A DNA stretch of 64,000 nt from Azolla caroliniana (Eukaryota; Plantae; Polypodiophyta): NCBI GenBank assembly GCA_043228905.1, contig JBHGNT010000032.1, positions 261,332-325,331 on the forward strand, written 5' to 3'. This document shows positions 50,500 through 64,000 of this stretch, piece after piece. A model generated the notes under the pieces. That model saw only the letters and a program-made list of their open reading frames with translations. It was not told the origin of the DNA and made no database searches. The position numbers and the translations under genes are program-made. Position 1 is the stretch's first letter, and every line of letters begins with the position of its first letter.

Positions 50500-53400
50500 A
50501 TTTACTCAAGGGCTCCTCTCAACTCCCTCCTCAAGTTTGCTATTTTCGTCATGTCTGTCGACCTGAGTTTCAAAATCTTGATTTTTTAATTCCATATCAT
50601 AGCTAGCGTTGTTGGCTTTGATTCGCATGTTTGAACACAAAAATCCGATATCACACGAGCCAGGTATGAACATTTTAATTTACTCAAGGGCTGTTCTCAA
50701 CTCACTCCTCAAATTTGGTAATTTCGTCATGTCTCTCGACCTGGGTTTCAAAATCTTGATTTTTTAATTCCATATCATAGCTAGCGTTGTTGGCTTCGAT
50801 TCGCATGTTTGAACACAAAAATCCGATATCACACGAGCCAGGTATGAACATTTTAATTTACTCAAGGGCTGTTCTCAACTCCCTCCTCAAGTTTGCTATT
50901 TTCGTCATGTCTCTCGACCTGGGTTTCAAAATCTTGATTTTTTAATTCCATATCATAGCTAGCGTTGTTGGCTTCGATTCGCATGTTTGAACACAAAAAT
51001 CCGATATCACACGAGCCAGGTATGAACATTTTAATTTACTCAAGGGCTCCTCTCAAGTCCCTCCTCAAGTTTGCTATTTTCGTCATGTCTCTCGACCTGA
51101 GTTTGAAATTCTTGATTTTTTAATTCCATATCATAGCTAGCGTTGTTGGCTTCGATTCGCATGTTTGAACACAAAAATCCGATATCACACGAGCCAGGTA
51201 TGAACATTTTAATTTACTCAAGGGCTCTTCTCAACTCCCTCCTCAAGTTTGCTATTTTCGTCATGTCTCTCGACCTGAGTTTCAAAATCTTGATTTTTTA
51301 ATTCCATATCATAGCTAGCGTTGTTGGCTTCGATTCACATGTTTGAACACAAAAATCCGATATCACACGAGCCAGGTATGAACATTTTAATTTACTCAAG
51401 GGCTCCTCTCAACTCCCTCCTCAAGTTTGGTATTTTGTCATGTCTCTCGACCTGAGTTTCAAAATCTTGATTTTTTAATTCCATATCATACCTCCCGTAG
51501 TTGGCTTCGATTCGCATGTTTGAACACAAAAATCCGATATCACACGAGCCAGGTATGAATATTTTAATTACTTAAGGGCTCCTCTCAACTCCCTCCTCAA
51601 GTTTGCTATTTTCGTCATGTCTCTCGACCTGAGTTTCAAAATCTTGATTTTTTAATTCCATATCATAGCTAACGTTGTTAGCTTTGATTCGCATGTTTGA
51701 ACACAAAAATCCGATATCACACGAGCCAGGTATGAACATTTTAATTTACTCAAGGGCTCCTCTCAACTCCCTCCTCAAGTTTGCTATTTTCGTCATGTCT
51801 CTCGACCTGAGTTTCAAAATCTTGATTTTTTAATTCCATATCATAGCTAGCGTTGTTGGCTTCGATTCGCATGTTTGAACACAAAAATCCGATATCACAC
51901 GAGCCAGGTATGAACATTTTAATTTACTCAAGGGCTCCTCTCAACTCCCTCCTCAAGTTTGCTATTTTCGTCATGTCTCTCGACCCGAGTTTCAAAATCT
52001 TGATTTTTTAATTCCATATCATAGCTAGCGTTGTTGGCTTCGATTCGCATGTTTGAACACAAAAATCCGATATCACACGAGCCAGGTATGAACATTTTAA
52101 TTTACTCAAGGGCTCCTCTCAACTCCCTCCTCAAGTTTGCTATTTTCGTCATGTCTCTCGACCTGAGTTTGAAATTCTTGATTTTTTAATTCCATATCAT
52201 AGCTAGCGTTGTTAGCTTCGATTTGCATGTTTGAACACAAAAATCCGATATCACACGACCCAGGTATGAACATTTTAATTTACTCAAGGGCTGTTCTCAA
52301 CTCACTCCTCAAATTTGCTATTTTCGTCATGTCTCTCGACCTGAGTTTCAAAATCTTGATTTTTTAATTCCATATCAAAGCTCGCGTTGTTGGCTTCGAT
52401 TCGCATGTTTGAACACAAAAATCCGATATCACACGAGCCAGGTATGAACATTTTAATTTACTCAAGGGCTGTTCTCAACTCCCTCCTCAAGTTTGCTATT
52501 TTGGTCATGTCTCTCGACCTGGGTTTCAAAATCTTGATTTTTTAATTCCATATGATAGCTAGCGTTGTTGGCTTCGATTCGCATGTTTGAACACAAAAAT
52601 CCGATATCACACGAGCCAGGTATGAACATTTTAATTTACTCAAGGGCTCCTCTCAACTCCCTCCTCAAGTTTGCTATTTTCGTCATGTCTCTCGACCTGA
52701 GTTTGAAATTCTTGATTTTTTAATTCCATATCATAGCTAGCGTTGTTAGCTTCGATTTGCATGTTTGAACACAAAAATCCGATATCACACGACCCAGGTA
52801 TGAACATTTTAATTTAGTCAAGGGCTGTTCTCAACTCACTCCTCAAATTTGCTATTTTCGTCATGTCTCTCGACCTGAGTTTCAAAATCTTGATTTTTTA
52901 ATTCCATATGATAGCTAGCGTTGTTGGCTTCGATTCGCATGTTTGAACACAAAAATCCGATATCACACGAGCCAGGTATGAACATTTTAATTTACTCAAG
53001 GGCTCCTCTCAAGTCCCTCCTCAAGTTTGCTATTTTCGTCATGTCTCTCGACCTGAGTTTCAAAATCTTGATTTTTTAATTCCATATCATAGCTAGCGTT
53101 GTTGGCTTTGATTCGCATGTTTGAACACAAAAATCCGATATCACACGAGCCAGGTATGAACATTTTAATTTACTCAAGGGCTGTTCTCAACTCACTCCTC
53201 AAATTTGGTAATTTCGTCATGTCTCTCGACCTGGGTTTCAAAATCTTGATTTTTTAATTCCATATCATAGCTAGCGTTGTTGGCTTCGATTCGCATGTTT
53301 GAACACAAAAATCCGATATCACACGAGCCAGGTATGAACATTTTAATTTACTCAAGGGCTGTTCTCAACTCCCTCCTCAAGTTTGCTATTTTCGTCATGT

Positions 53401-56400
53401 CTCTCGACCTGGGTTTCAAAATCTTGATTTTTTAATTCCATATCATAGCTAGCGTTGTTGGCTTCGATTCGCATGTTTGAACACAAAAATCCGATATCAC
53501 ACGAGCCAGGTATGAACATTTTAATTTACTCAAGGGCTCCTCTCAAGTCCCTCCTCAAGTTTGCTATTTTCGTCATGTCTCTCGACCTGAGTTTGAAATT
53601 CTTGATTTTTTAATTCCATATCATAGCTAGCGTTGTTGGCTTCGATTCGCATGTTTGAACACAAAAATCCGATATCACACGAGCCAGGTATGAACATTTT
53701 AATTTACTCAAGGGCTCCTCTCAACTCCCTCCTGAAGTTTGCTATTTTCGTCATGTCTCTCGACCTGAGTTTCAAAATCTTGATTTTTTAATTCCATATC
53801 ATAGCTAGCGTTGTTAGCTTCGATTTGCATGTTTGAACACAAAAATCCGATATCACACGAGCCAGGTATGAACATTTTAATTTACTCAAGGGCTGTTTTC
53901 AACTCACTCCTCAAATTTGCTATTTTCGTCATGTCTCTCGACCTGGGTTTCAAAATCTTGATTTTTTAATTCCATATCAAAGCTCGCGTTGTTGGCTTCG
54001 ATTCGCATGTTTGAACACAAAAATCCGATATCACACGAGCCAGGTATGAACATTTTAATTTACTCAAGGGCTGTTTTCAACTCCCTCCTCAAGTTTGCTA
54101 TTTTCGTCATGTCTCTCGACCTGGGTTTCAAAATCTTGATTTTTTAATTCCATATGATAGCTAGCGTTGTTGGCTTCGATTCGCATGTTTGAACACAAAA
54201 ATCCGATATCACACGAGCCAGGTATGAACATTTTAATTTACTCAAGGGCTCCTCTCAACTCCCTCCTCAAGTTTGCTATTTTCGTCATGTCTCTCGACCT
54301 GAGTTTCAAAATCTTGATTTTTTAATTCCATATCATAGCTAGCGTTGTTGGCTTTGATTCGCATGTTTGAACACAAAAATCCGATATCACACGAGCCAGG
54401 TATGAACATTTTAATTTACTCAAGGGCTGTTCTCAACTCACTCCTCAAATTTGGTAATTTCGTCATGTCTCTCGACCTGGGTTTCAAAATCTTGATTTTT
54501 TAATTCCATATCATAGCTAGCGTTGTTGGCTTCGATTCGCATGTTTGAACACAAAAATCCGATATCACACGAGCCAGGTATGAACATTTTAATTTACTCA
54601 AGGGCTGTTCTCAACTCCCTCCTCAAGTTTGCTATTTTCGTCATGTCTCTCGACCTGGGTTTCAAAATCTTGATTTTTTAATTCCATATCATAGCTAGCG
54701 TTGTTGGCTTCGATTCGCATGTTTGAACACAAAAATCCGATATCACACGAGCCAGGTATGAACATTTTAATTTACTCAAGGGCTCCTCTCAAGTCCCTCC
54801 TCAAGTTTGCTATTTTCGTCATGTCTCTCGACCTGAGTTTGAAATTCTTGATTTTTTAATTCCATATCATAGCTAGCGTTGTTGGCTTCGATTCGCATGT
54901 TTGAACACAAAAATCCGATATCACACGAGCCAGGTATGAACATTTTAATTTACTCAAGGGCTCTTCTCAACTCCCTCCTCAAGTTTGCTATTTTCGTCAT
55001 GTCTCTCGACCTGAGTTTCAAAATCTTGATTTTTTAATTCCATATCATAGCTAGCGTTGTTGGCTTCGATTCACATGTTTGAACACAAAAATCCGATATC
55101 ACACGAGCCAGGTATGAACATTTTAATTTACTCAAGGGCTCCTCTCAACTCCCTCCTCAAGTTTGGTATTTTGTCATGTCTCTCGACCTGAGTTTCAAAA
55201 TCTTGATTTTTTAATTCCATATCATACCTCCCGTAGTTGGCTTCGATTCGCATGTTTGAACACAAAAATCCGATATCACACGAGCCAGGTATGAATATTT
55301 TAATTACTTAAGGGCTCCTCTCAACTCCCTCCTCAAGTTTGCTATTTTCGTCATGTCTCTCGACCTGAGTTTCAAAATCTTGATTTTTTAATTCCATATC
55401 ATAGCTAACGTTGTTAGCTTTGATTCGCATGTTTGAACACAAAAATCCGATATCACACGAGCCAGGTATGAACATTTTAATTTACTCAAGGGCTCCTCTC
55501 AACTCCCTCCTCAAGTTTGCTATTTTCGTCATGTCTCTCGACCTGAGTTTCAAAATCTTGATTTTTTAATTCCATATCATAGCTAGCGTTGTTGGCTTCG
55601 ATTCGCATGTTTGAACACAAAAATCCGATATCACACGAGCCAGGTATGAACATTTTAATTTACTCAAGGGCTCCTCTCAACTCCCTCCTCAAGTTTGCTA
55701 TTTTCGTCATGTCTCTCGACCCGAGTTTCAAAATCTTGATTTTTTAATTCCATATCATAGCTAGCGTTGTTGGCTTCGATTCGCATGTTTGAACACAAAA
55801 ATCCGATATCACACGAGCCAGGTATGAACATTTTAATTTACTCAAGGGCTCCTCTCAACTCCCTCCTCAAGTTTGCTATTTTCGTCATGTCTCTCGACCT
55901 GAGTTTGAAATTCTTGATTTTTTAATTCCATATCATAGCTAGCGTTGTTAGCTTCGATTTGCATGTTTGAACACAAAAATCCGATATCACACGACCCAGG
56001 TATGAACATTTTAATTTACTCAAGGGCTGTTCTCAACTCACTCCTCAAATTTGCTATTTTCGTCATGTCTCTCGACCTGAGTTTCAAAATCTTGATTTTT
56101 TAATTCCATATCAAAGCTCGCGTTGTTGGCTTCGATTCGCATGTTTGAACACAAAAATCCGATATCACACGAGCCAGGTATGAACATTTTAATTTACTCA
56201 AGGGCTGTTCTCAACTCCCTCCTCAAGTTTGCTATTTTGGTCATGTCTCTCGACCTGGGTTTCAAAATCTTGATTTTTTAATTCCATATGATAGCTAGCG
56301 TTGTTGGCTTCGATTCGCATGTTTGAACACAAAAATCCGATATCACACGAGCCAGGTATGAACATTTTAATTTACTCAAGGGCTCCTCTCAACTCCCTCC

Positions 56401-56800
56401 TCAAGTTTGCTATTTTCGTCATGTCTCTCGACCTGAGTTTGAAATTCTTGATTTTTTAATTCCATATCATAGCTAGCGTTGTTAGCTTCGATTTGCATGT
56501 TTGAACACAAAAATCCGATATCACACGACCCAGGTATGAACATTTTAATTTAGTCAAGGGCTGTTCTCAACTCACTCCTCAAATTTGCTATTTTCGTCAT
56601 GTCTCTCGACCTGAGTTTCAAAATCTTGATTTTTTAATTCCATATGATAGCTAGCGTTGTTGGCTTCGATTCGCATGTTTGAACACAAAAATCCGATATC
56701 ACACGAGCCAGGTATGAACATTTTAATTTACTCAAGGGCTCCTCTCAAGTCCCTCCTCAAGTTTGCTATTTTCGTCATGTCTCTCGACCTGAGTTTGAAA
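50500..56800. repeat. Higher-order duplication with 3736-bp (21-monomer) period
   Basis: Rare variants recur at about +3736: cctcccgtag 51491/55227, gacccgag about 51983/55719 and tttagtcaag 52813/56549. Boundaries are approximate. Confidence 0.75.
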
Positions 56801-59800
56801 TTCTTGATTTTTTAATTCCATATCATATCTAGCGTTGTTCGCTTCGATTTGCATGTTTGAACACAAAAATCCGATATCACACGACCCAGGTATGAACATT
56901 TTAATTTAGTCAAGGGCTGTTCTCAACTCACTCCTCAAATTTGCTATTTTCGTCATGTCTCTCGACCTGAGTTTCAAAATCTTGATTTTTTAATTCCATA
57001 TCATAGCTCGCGTTGTTGGCTTCGATTCGCATGTTTGAACACAAAAATCCGATATCACACGAGCCAGGTATGAACATTTTAATTTACTCAAGGGCTGTTC
57101 TCAACTCCGTCCTCAAGTTTGCTATTTTGGTCATGTCTCTCGACCTGGGTTTCAAAATCTTGATTTTTTAATTGCATATGATAGCTAGCGTTGTTGGCTT
57201 CGATTCGCATGTTTGAACACAAAAATCCGATATCACACGAGCCAGGTATGAACATTTTAATTTACTCAAGGGCTCCTCTCAACTCCCTCCTCAAGTTTGC
57301 TATTTTCGTCATGTCTCTCGACCTGAGTTTCAAAATCTTGATTTTTTAATTCCATATCATAGCTAGCGTTTCAAGCTTCGATTTGCATGTTTGAACACAA
57401 AAATCCGATATCACACGAGCCAGGTATGAACATTTTAATTACTTAAGGGCTCCTCTCAACTCCCTCCTCAAGTTTGCTATTTTCGTCATGTCTCTCGACC
57501 TGAGTTTCAAAATCTTGATTTTTTAATTCCATATCATAGCTAGCGTTGTTAGCTTTGATTCGCAAGTCTGAACACAAAAATCCGATATCACACGAGCCAG
57601 GTATGAACATTTTAATTTACTCAAGGGCTGTTCTCAACTCACTCCTCAAATTTGGTAATTTCGTCATGTCTCTCGACCTGGGTTTCAAAATCTTGATTTT
57701 TTAATTCCATATCATAGCTAGCGTTGTTGGCTTCGATTCGCATGTTTGAACACAAAAATCCGATATCACACGAGCCAGGTATGAACATTTTAATTTACTC
57801 AAGGGCTCCTCTCAACTCCCTCCTCAAGTTTGCTATTTTCGTCATGTCTCTCGACCTGAGTTTGAAATTCTTGATTTTTTAATTCCATATCATAGCTAGC
57901 GTTGTTGGCTTCGATTCGCATGTTTGAACACAAAAATCCGATATCACACGAGCCAGGTATGAACATTTTAATTTACTCAAGGGCTGTTCTCAACTCCCTC
58001 CTCAAGTTTGCTATTTTCGTCATGTCTCTCGACCTGGGTTTCAAAATCTTGATTTTTTAATTGCATATGATAGCTAGCGTTGTTGGCTTCGATTCGCATG
58101 TTTGAACACAAAAATCCGATATCACACGAGCCAGGTATGAACATTTTAATTTACTCAAGGGCTCCTCTCAACTCCCTCCTCAAGTTTGCTATTTTCGTCA
58201 TGTCTCTCGACCTGAGTTTCAAAATCTTGATTTTTTAATTCCATATCATAGCTAGCGTTGTTGCCTTCGATTCGCATGTTTGAACACAAAAATCCGATAT
58301 CACACGAGCCAGGTATGAATATTTTAATTTACTCAAGGGCTCCTCTCAACTCCCTCCTCAAGTTTGCTATTTTCGTCATGTCTCTCGACCTGGGTTTCAA
58401 AATCTTGATTTTTTAATTCCATATCATAGCTAGCGTTGTTGGCTTCGATTCGCATGTTTGAACACAAAAATCCGATATCACACGAGCCAGGTATGAACAT
58501 TTTAATTTACTCAAGGGCTCCTCTCAACTCCCTCCTCAAGTTTGCTATTTTCGTCATGTCTCTCGACCTGAGTTTCAAAATCTTGATTTTTTAATTCCAT
58601 ATCATAGCTAGCGTTGTTAGCTTTGATTCGCATGTTTGAACACAAAAATCCGATATCACACGAGCCAGGTATGAACATTTTAATTTACTCAAGGGCTCCT
58701 CTCAACTCACTCCTCAAATTTGGTAATTTCGTCATGTCTCTCGACCTGGGTTTCAAAATCTTGATTTTTTAATTCCATATCATAGCTAGCGTTGTTGGCT
58801 TCGATTCGCATGTTTGAACACAAAAATCCGATATCACACGAGCCAGGTATGAACATTTTAATTTACTCAAGGGCTCCTCTCAACTCGCTCCTCAAGTTTG
58901 GTATTTTGTCATGTCTCTCGACCTGAGTTTCAAAATCTTGATTTTTTAATTCCATATCATAGCTAGCGTTGTTGGCTTCGATTCGCATGTTTGAACACAA
59001 AAATCCGATATCACACGAGCCAGGTATGAACATTTTAATTTACTCAAGGGCTCCTCTCAACTCCCTCCTCAAGTTTGCTATTTTCGTCATGTCTCTCGAC
59101 CTGCGTTTCAAAATCTTGATTTTTTAATTCCATATCATAGCTAGCGTTGTTAGCTTTGATTCGCATGTTTGAACACAAAAATCCGATATCACACGAGCCA
59201 GGTATGAACATTTTAATTTACTCAAGGGCTCCTCTCAACTCCCTCCTCAAGTTTGCTATTTTCGTCATGTCTCTCGACCTGGGTTTCAAAATCTTGATTT
59301 TTTAATTCCATATCATAGCTAGCGTTGTTGGCTTCGATTCGCACGTTTGAACACAAAAATCCGATATCACACGAGCCAGGTATGAACATTTTAATTTACT
59401 CAAGGGCTCCTCTCAAGTCCCTCCTCAAGTTTGCTATTTTCGTCATGTCTCTCGACCTGAGTTTCAAAATCTTGATTTTTTAATTCCATATGATAGCTAG
59501 CGTTGTTGGCTTCGATTCGCATGTTTGAACACAAAAATCCGATATCACACGAGCCAGGTATGAACATTTTAATTTACTCAAGGGCTCCTCTCAAGTCCCT
59601 CCTCAAGTTTGCTATTTTCGTCATGTCTCTCGACCTGAGTTTCAAAATCTTGATTTTTTAATTCCATATGATAGCTAGCGTTGTTGGCTTCGATTCGCAT
59701 GTTTGAACACAAAAATCCGATATCACACGAGCCAGGTATGAACATTTTAATTTACTCAAGGGCTCCTCTCAACTCCCTCCTCAAGTTTGCTATTTTCGTC

Positions 59801-62800
59801 ATGTCTCTCGACCTGAGTTTCAAAATCTTGATTTTTTAATTCCATATCATAGCTAGCGTTGTTAGCTTTGATTCGCATGTTTGAACACAAAAATCCGATA
59901 TCACACGAGCCAGGTATGAATATTTTAATTTACTCAAGGGCTCCTCTCAACTCCCTCCTCAAGTTTGCTATTTTCGTCATGTCTCTCGACCTGGGTTTCA
60001 AAATCTTGATTTTTTAATTCCATATCATAGCTAGCGTTGTTGCCTTCGATTCGCATGTTTGAACACAAAAATCCGATATCACACGAGCCAGGTATGAACA
60101 TTTTAATTTACTCAAGGGCTGTTCTCAACTCACTCCTCAAATTTGGTAATTTCGTCATGTCTCTCGACCTGGGTTTCAAAATCTTGATTTTTTAATTCCA
60201 TATCATAGCTAGCGTTGTTGCCTTCGATTCGCATGTTTGAACACAAAAATCCGATATCACACGAGCCAGGTATGAATATTTTAATTTACTCAAGGGCTCC
60301 TCTCAACTCCCTCCTCAAGTTTGCTATTTTCGTCATGTCTCTCGACCTGGGTTTCAAAATCTTGATTTTTTAATTCCATATCATAGCTAGCGTTGTTGGC
60401 TTCGATTCGCATGTTTGGACACAAAAATCCGATATCACACGAGCCAGGTATGAACATTTTAATTTACTCAAGGGCTCCTCTCAACTCCCTCCTCAAGTTT
60501 GCTATTTTCGTCATGTCTCTCGACCTGAGTTTCAAAATCTTGATTTTTTAATTCCATATCATAGCTAGCGTTGTTAGCTTTGATTCGCATGTTTGAACAC
60601 AAAAATCCGATATCACACGAGCCAGGTATGAACATTTTAATTTACTCAAGGGCTCCTCTCAACTCCCTCCTCAAGTTTGCTATTTTCGTCATGTCTCTCG
60701 ACCTGGGTTTCAAAATCTTGATTTTTTAATTCCATATCATAGCTAGCGTTGTTGGCTTCGATTCGCATGTTTGAACACAAAAATCCGATATCACACGAGC
60801 CAGGTATGAACATTTTAATTTACTCAAGGGCTCCTCTCAAGTCCCTCCTCAAGTTTGCTATTTTCGTCATGTCTCTCGACCTGAGTTTCAAAATCTTGAT
60901 TTTTTAATTCCATATGATAGCTAGCGTTGTTGGCTTCGATTCGCATGTTTGAACACAAAAATCCGATATCACACGAGCCAGGTATGAACATTTTAATTTA
61001 CTCAAGGGCTCCTCTCAACTCCCTCCTCAAGTTTGCTATTTTCGTCATGTCTCTCGACCTGAGTTTCAAAATCTTGATTTTTTAATTCCATATCATAGCT
61101 AGCGTTTCAAGCTTCGATTTGCATGTTTGAACACAAAAATCCGATATCACACGAGCCAGGTATGAATATTTTAATTTACTCAAGGGCTCCTCTCAACTCC
61201 CTCCTCAAGTTTGCTATTTTCGTCATGTCTCTCGACCTGGGTTTCAAAATCTTGATTTTTTAATTCCATATCATAGCTAGCGTTGTTGCCTTCGATTCGC
61301 ATGTTTGAACACAAAAATCCGATATCACACGAGCCAGGTATGAACATTTTAATTTACTCAAGGGCTGTTCTCAACTCACTCCTCAAATTTGGTAATTTCG
61401 TCATGTCTCTCGACCTGGGTTTCAAAATCTTGATTTTTTAATTCCATATCATAGCTAGCGTTGTTGCCTTCGATTCGCATGTTTGAACACAAAAATCCGA
61501 TATCACACGAGCCAGGTATGAATATTTTAATTTACTCAAGGGCTCCTCTCAACTCCCTCCTCAAGTTTGCTATTTTCGTCATGTCTCTCGACCTGGGTTT
61601 CAAAATCTGGATTTTTTAATTCCATATCATAGCTAGCGTTGTTGGCTTCGATTCGCATGTTTGAACACAAAAATCCGATATCACACGAGCCAGGTATGAA
61701 CATTTTAATTTACTCAAGGGCTCCTCTCAACTCCCTCCTCAAGTTTGCTATTTTCGTCATGTCTCTCGACCTGAGTTTCAAAATCTTGATTTTTTAATGC
61801 CATATCATAGCTAGCGTTGTTAGCTTTGATTCGCATGTTTGAACACAAAAATCCGATATCACACGAGCCAGGTATGAACATTTTAATTTACTCAAGGGCT
61901 CCTCTCAACTCCCTCCTCAAGTTTGCTATTTTCGTCATGTCTCTCGACCTGGGTTTCAAAATCTTGATTTTTTAATTCCATATCATAGCTAGCGTTGTTG
62001 GCTTCGATTCGCATGTTTGAACACAAAAATCCGATATCACACGAGCCAGGTATGAACATTTTAATTTACTCAAGGGCTCCTCTCAAGTCCCTCCTCAAGT
62101 TTGCTATTTTCGTCATGTCTCTCGACCTGAGTTTCAAAATCTTGATTTTTTAATTCCATATGATAGCTAGCGTTGTTGGCTTCGATTCGCATGTTTGAAC
62201 ACAAAAATCCGATATCACACGAGCCAGGTATGAACATTTTAATTTACTCAAGGGCTCCTCTCAACTCCCTCCTCAAGTTTGCTATTTTCGTCATGTCTCT
62301 CGACCTGAGTTTCAAAATCTTGATTTTTTAATTCCATATCATAGCTAGCGTTGTTAGCTTTGATTCGCATGTTTGAACACAAAAATCCGATATCACACGA
62401 GCCAGGTATGAACATTTTAATTTACTCAAGGGCTCCTCTCAACTCCCTCCTCAAGTTTGCTATTTTCGTCATGTCTCTCGACCTGGGTTTCAAAATCTTG
62501 ATTTTTTAATTCCATATCATAGCTAGCGTTTCAAGCTTCGATTTGCATGTTTGAACACAAAAATCCGATATCACACGAGCCAGGTATGAATATTTTAATT
62601 TACTCAAGGGCTCCTCTCAACTCCCTCCTCAAGTTTGCTATTTTCGTCATGTCTCTCGACCTGGGTTTCAAAATCTTGATTTTTTAATTCCATATCATAG
62701 CTCACGTAGTTTGCTTCAATTCGCATGTTTGAACACAAAAATCCGATATCACACGAGCCAGGTATGAACATTTTAATTTACTCAAGGGCTGTTCTCAACT

Positions 62801-64000
62801 CACTCCTCAAATTTGGTAATTTCGTCATGTCTCTCGACCTGGGTTTCAAAATCTTGATTTTTTAATTCCATATCATAGCTAGCGTTGTTGGCTTCGATTC
62901 GCATGTTTGAACACAAAAATCCGATATCACACGAGCCAGGTATGAACATTTTAATTTACTCAAGGGCTCCTCTCAACTCCCTCCTCAAGTTTGCTATTTT
63001 CGTCATGTCTCTCGACCTGAGTTTCAAAATCTTGATTTTTTAATTCCATATCATAGCTCACGTAGTTTGCTTCAATTCGCATGTTTGAACACAAAAATCC
63101 GATATCACACGAGCCAGGTATGAACATTTTAATTTACTCAAGGGCTGTTCTCAACTCACTCCTCAAATTTGGTAATTTCGTCATGTCTCTCGACCTGGGT
63201 TTCAAAATCTTGATTTTTTAATTCCATATCATAGCTAGCGTTGTTGGCTTCGATTCGCATGTTTGAACACAAAAATCCGATATCACACGAGCCAGGTATG
63301 AACATTTTAATTTACTCAAGGGCTCCTCTCAACTCCCTCCTCAAGTTTGCTATTTTCGTCATGTCTCTCGACCTGAGTTTCAAAATCTTGATTTTTTAAT
63401 TCCATATCATAGCTAGCGTTGTTGGCTTCGATTCGCATGTTTGAACACAAAAATCCGATATCACACGAGCCAGGTATGAACATTTTAATTTACTCAAGGG
63501 CTCCTCTCAACTCCCTCCTCAAGTTTGCTATTTTCGTCATGTCTCTCGACCTGAGTTTCAAAATCTTGATTTTTTAATTCCATATCATAGCTAGCGTTGT
63601 TAGCTTTGATTCGCATGTTTGAACACAAAAATCCGATATCACACGAGCCAGGTATGAATATTTTAATTTACTCAAGGGCTCCTCTCAACTCCCTCCTCAA
63701 GTTTGCTATTTTCGTCATGTCTCTCGACCTGGGTTTCAAAATCTTGATTTTTTAATTCCATATCATAGCTAGCGTTGTTGGCTTCGATTCGCATGTTTGA
63801 ACACAAAAATCCGATATCACACGAGCCAGGTATGAACATTTTAATTTACTCAAGGGCTCCTCTCAACTCCCTCCTCAAGTTTGCTATTTTCGTCATGTCT
63901 CTCGACCTGAGTTTCAAAATCTTGATTTTTTAATTCCATATCATAGCTAGCGTTGTTAGCTTTGATTCGCATGTTTGAACACAAAAATCCGATATCACAC

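Larger units (their letters stand above)
33408..64000. repeat. 178-bp tandem satellite array, right part
   Basis: Same monomer and orientation as the left array. Resumes at aca|cgagccaggt and runs to the end of the window. Confidence 0.97.

Overview
Eukaryotic, centromere-like DNA. About 54.5 kb of the window is a head-to-tail 178-bp satellite (roughly 300 monomers, one orientation) with local higher-order repeats and recurrent microhomology-bounded deletions. It is interrupted once (23889-33410) by a 9.5-kb minus-strand insertion of an endonuclease-deficient Penelope-like retroelement (PLE), present as about 1.55 tandem copies of a 6124-bp unit. The unit carries an 878-aa ORF1 joined to a PLE-type reverse transcriptase (RT) by a predicted -1 ribosomal frameshift (A_AAA_AAC plus a hairpin). 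It has no GIY-YIG endonuclease. Its ~1.5-kb UTR contains a polypyrimidine tract, a minimal type I hammerhead ribozyme and repeated CCCTAAACCC motifs complementary to TTTAGGG telomeres. Although built like a telomere-attaching PLE, it sits inside the satellite with no target-site duplication, a 29-bp target deletion (modulo 178), 4-bp and 3-bp microhomologies and a 21-bp duplication at its 5' junction. The host species cannot be identified from the sequence. All comparisons were made by eye; no alignments or searches were run.
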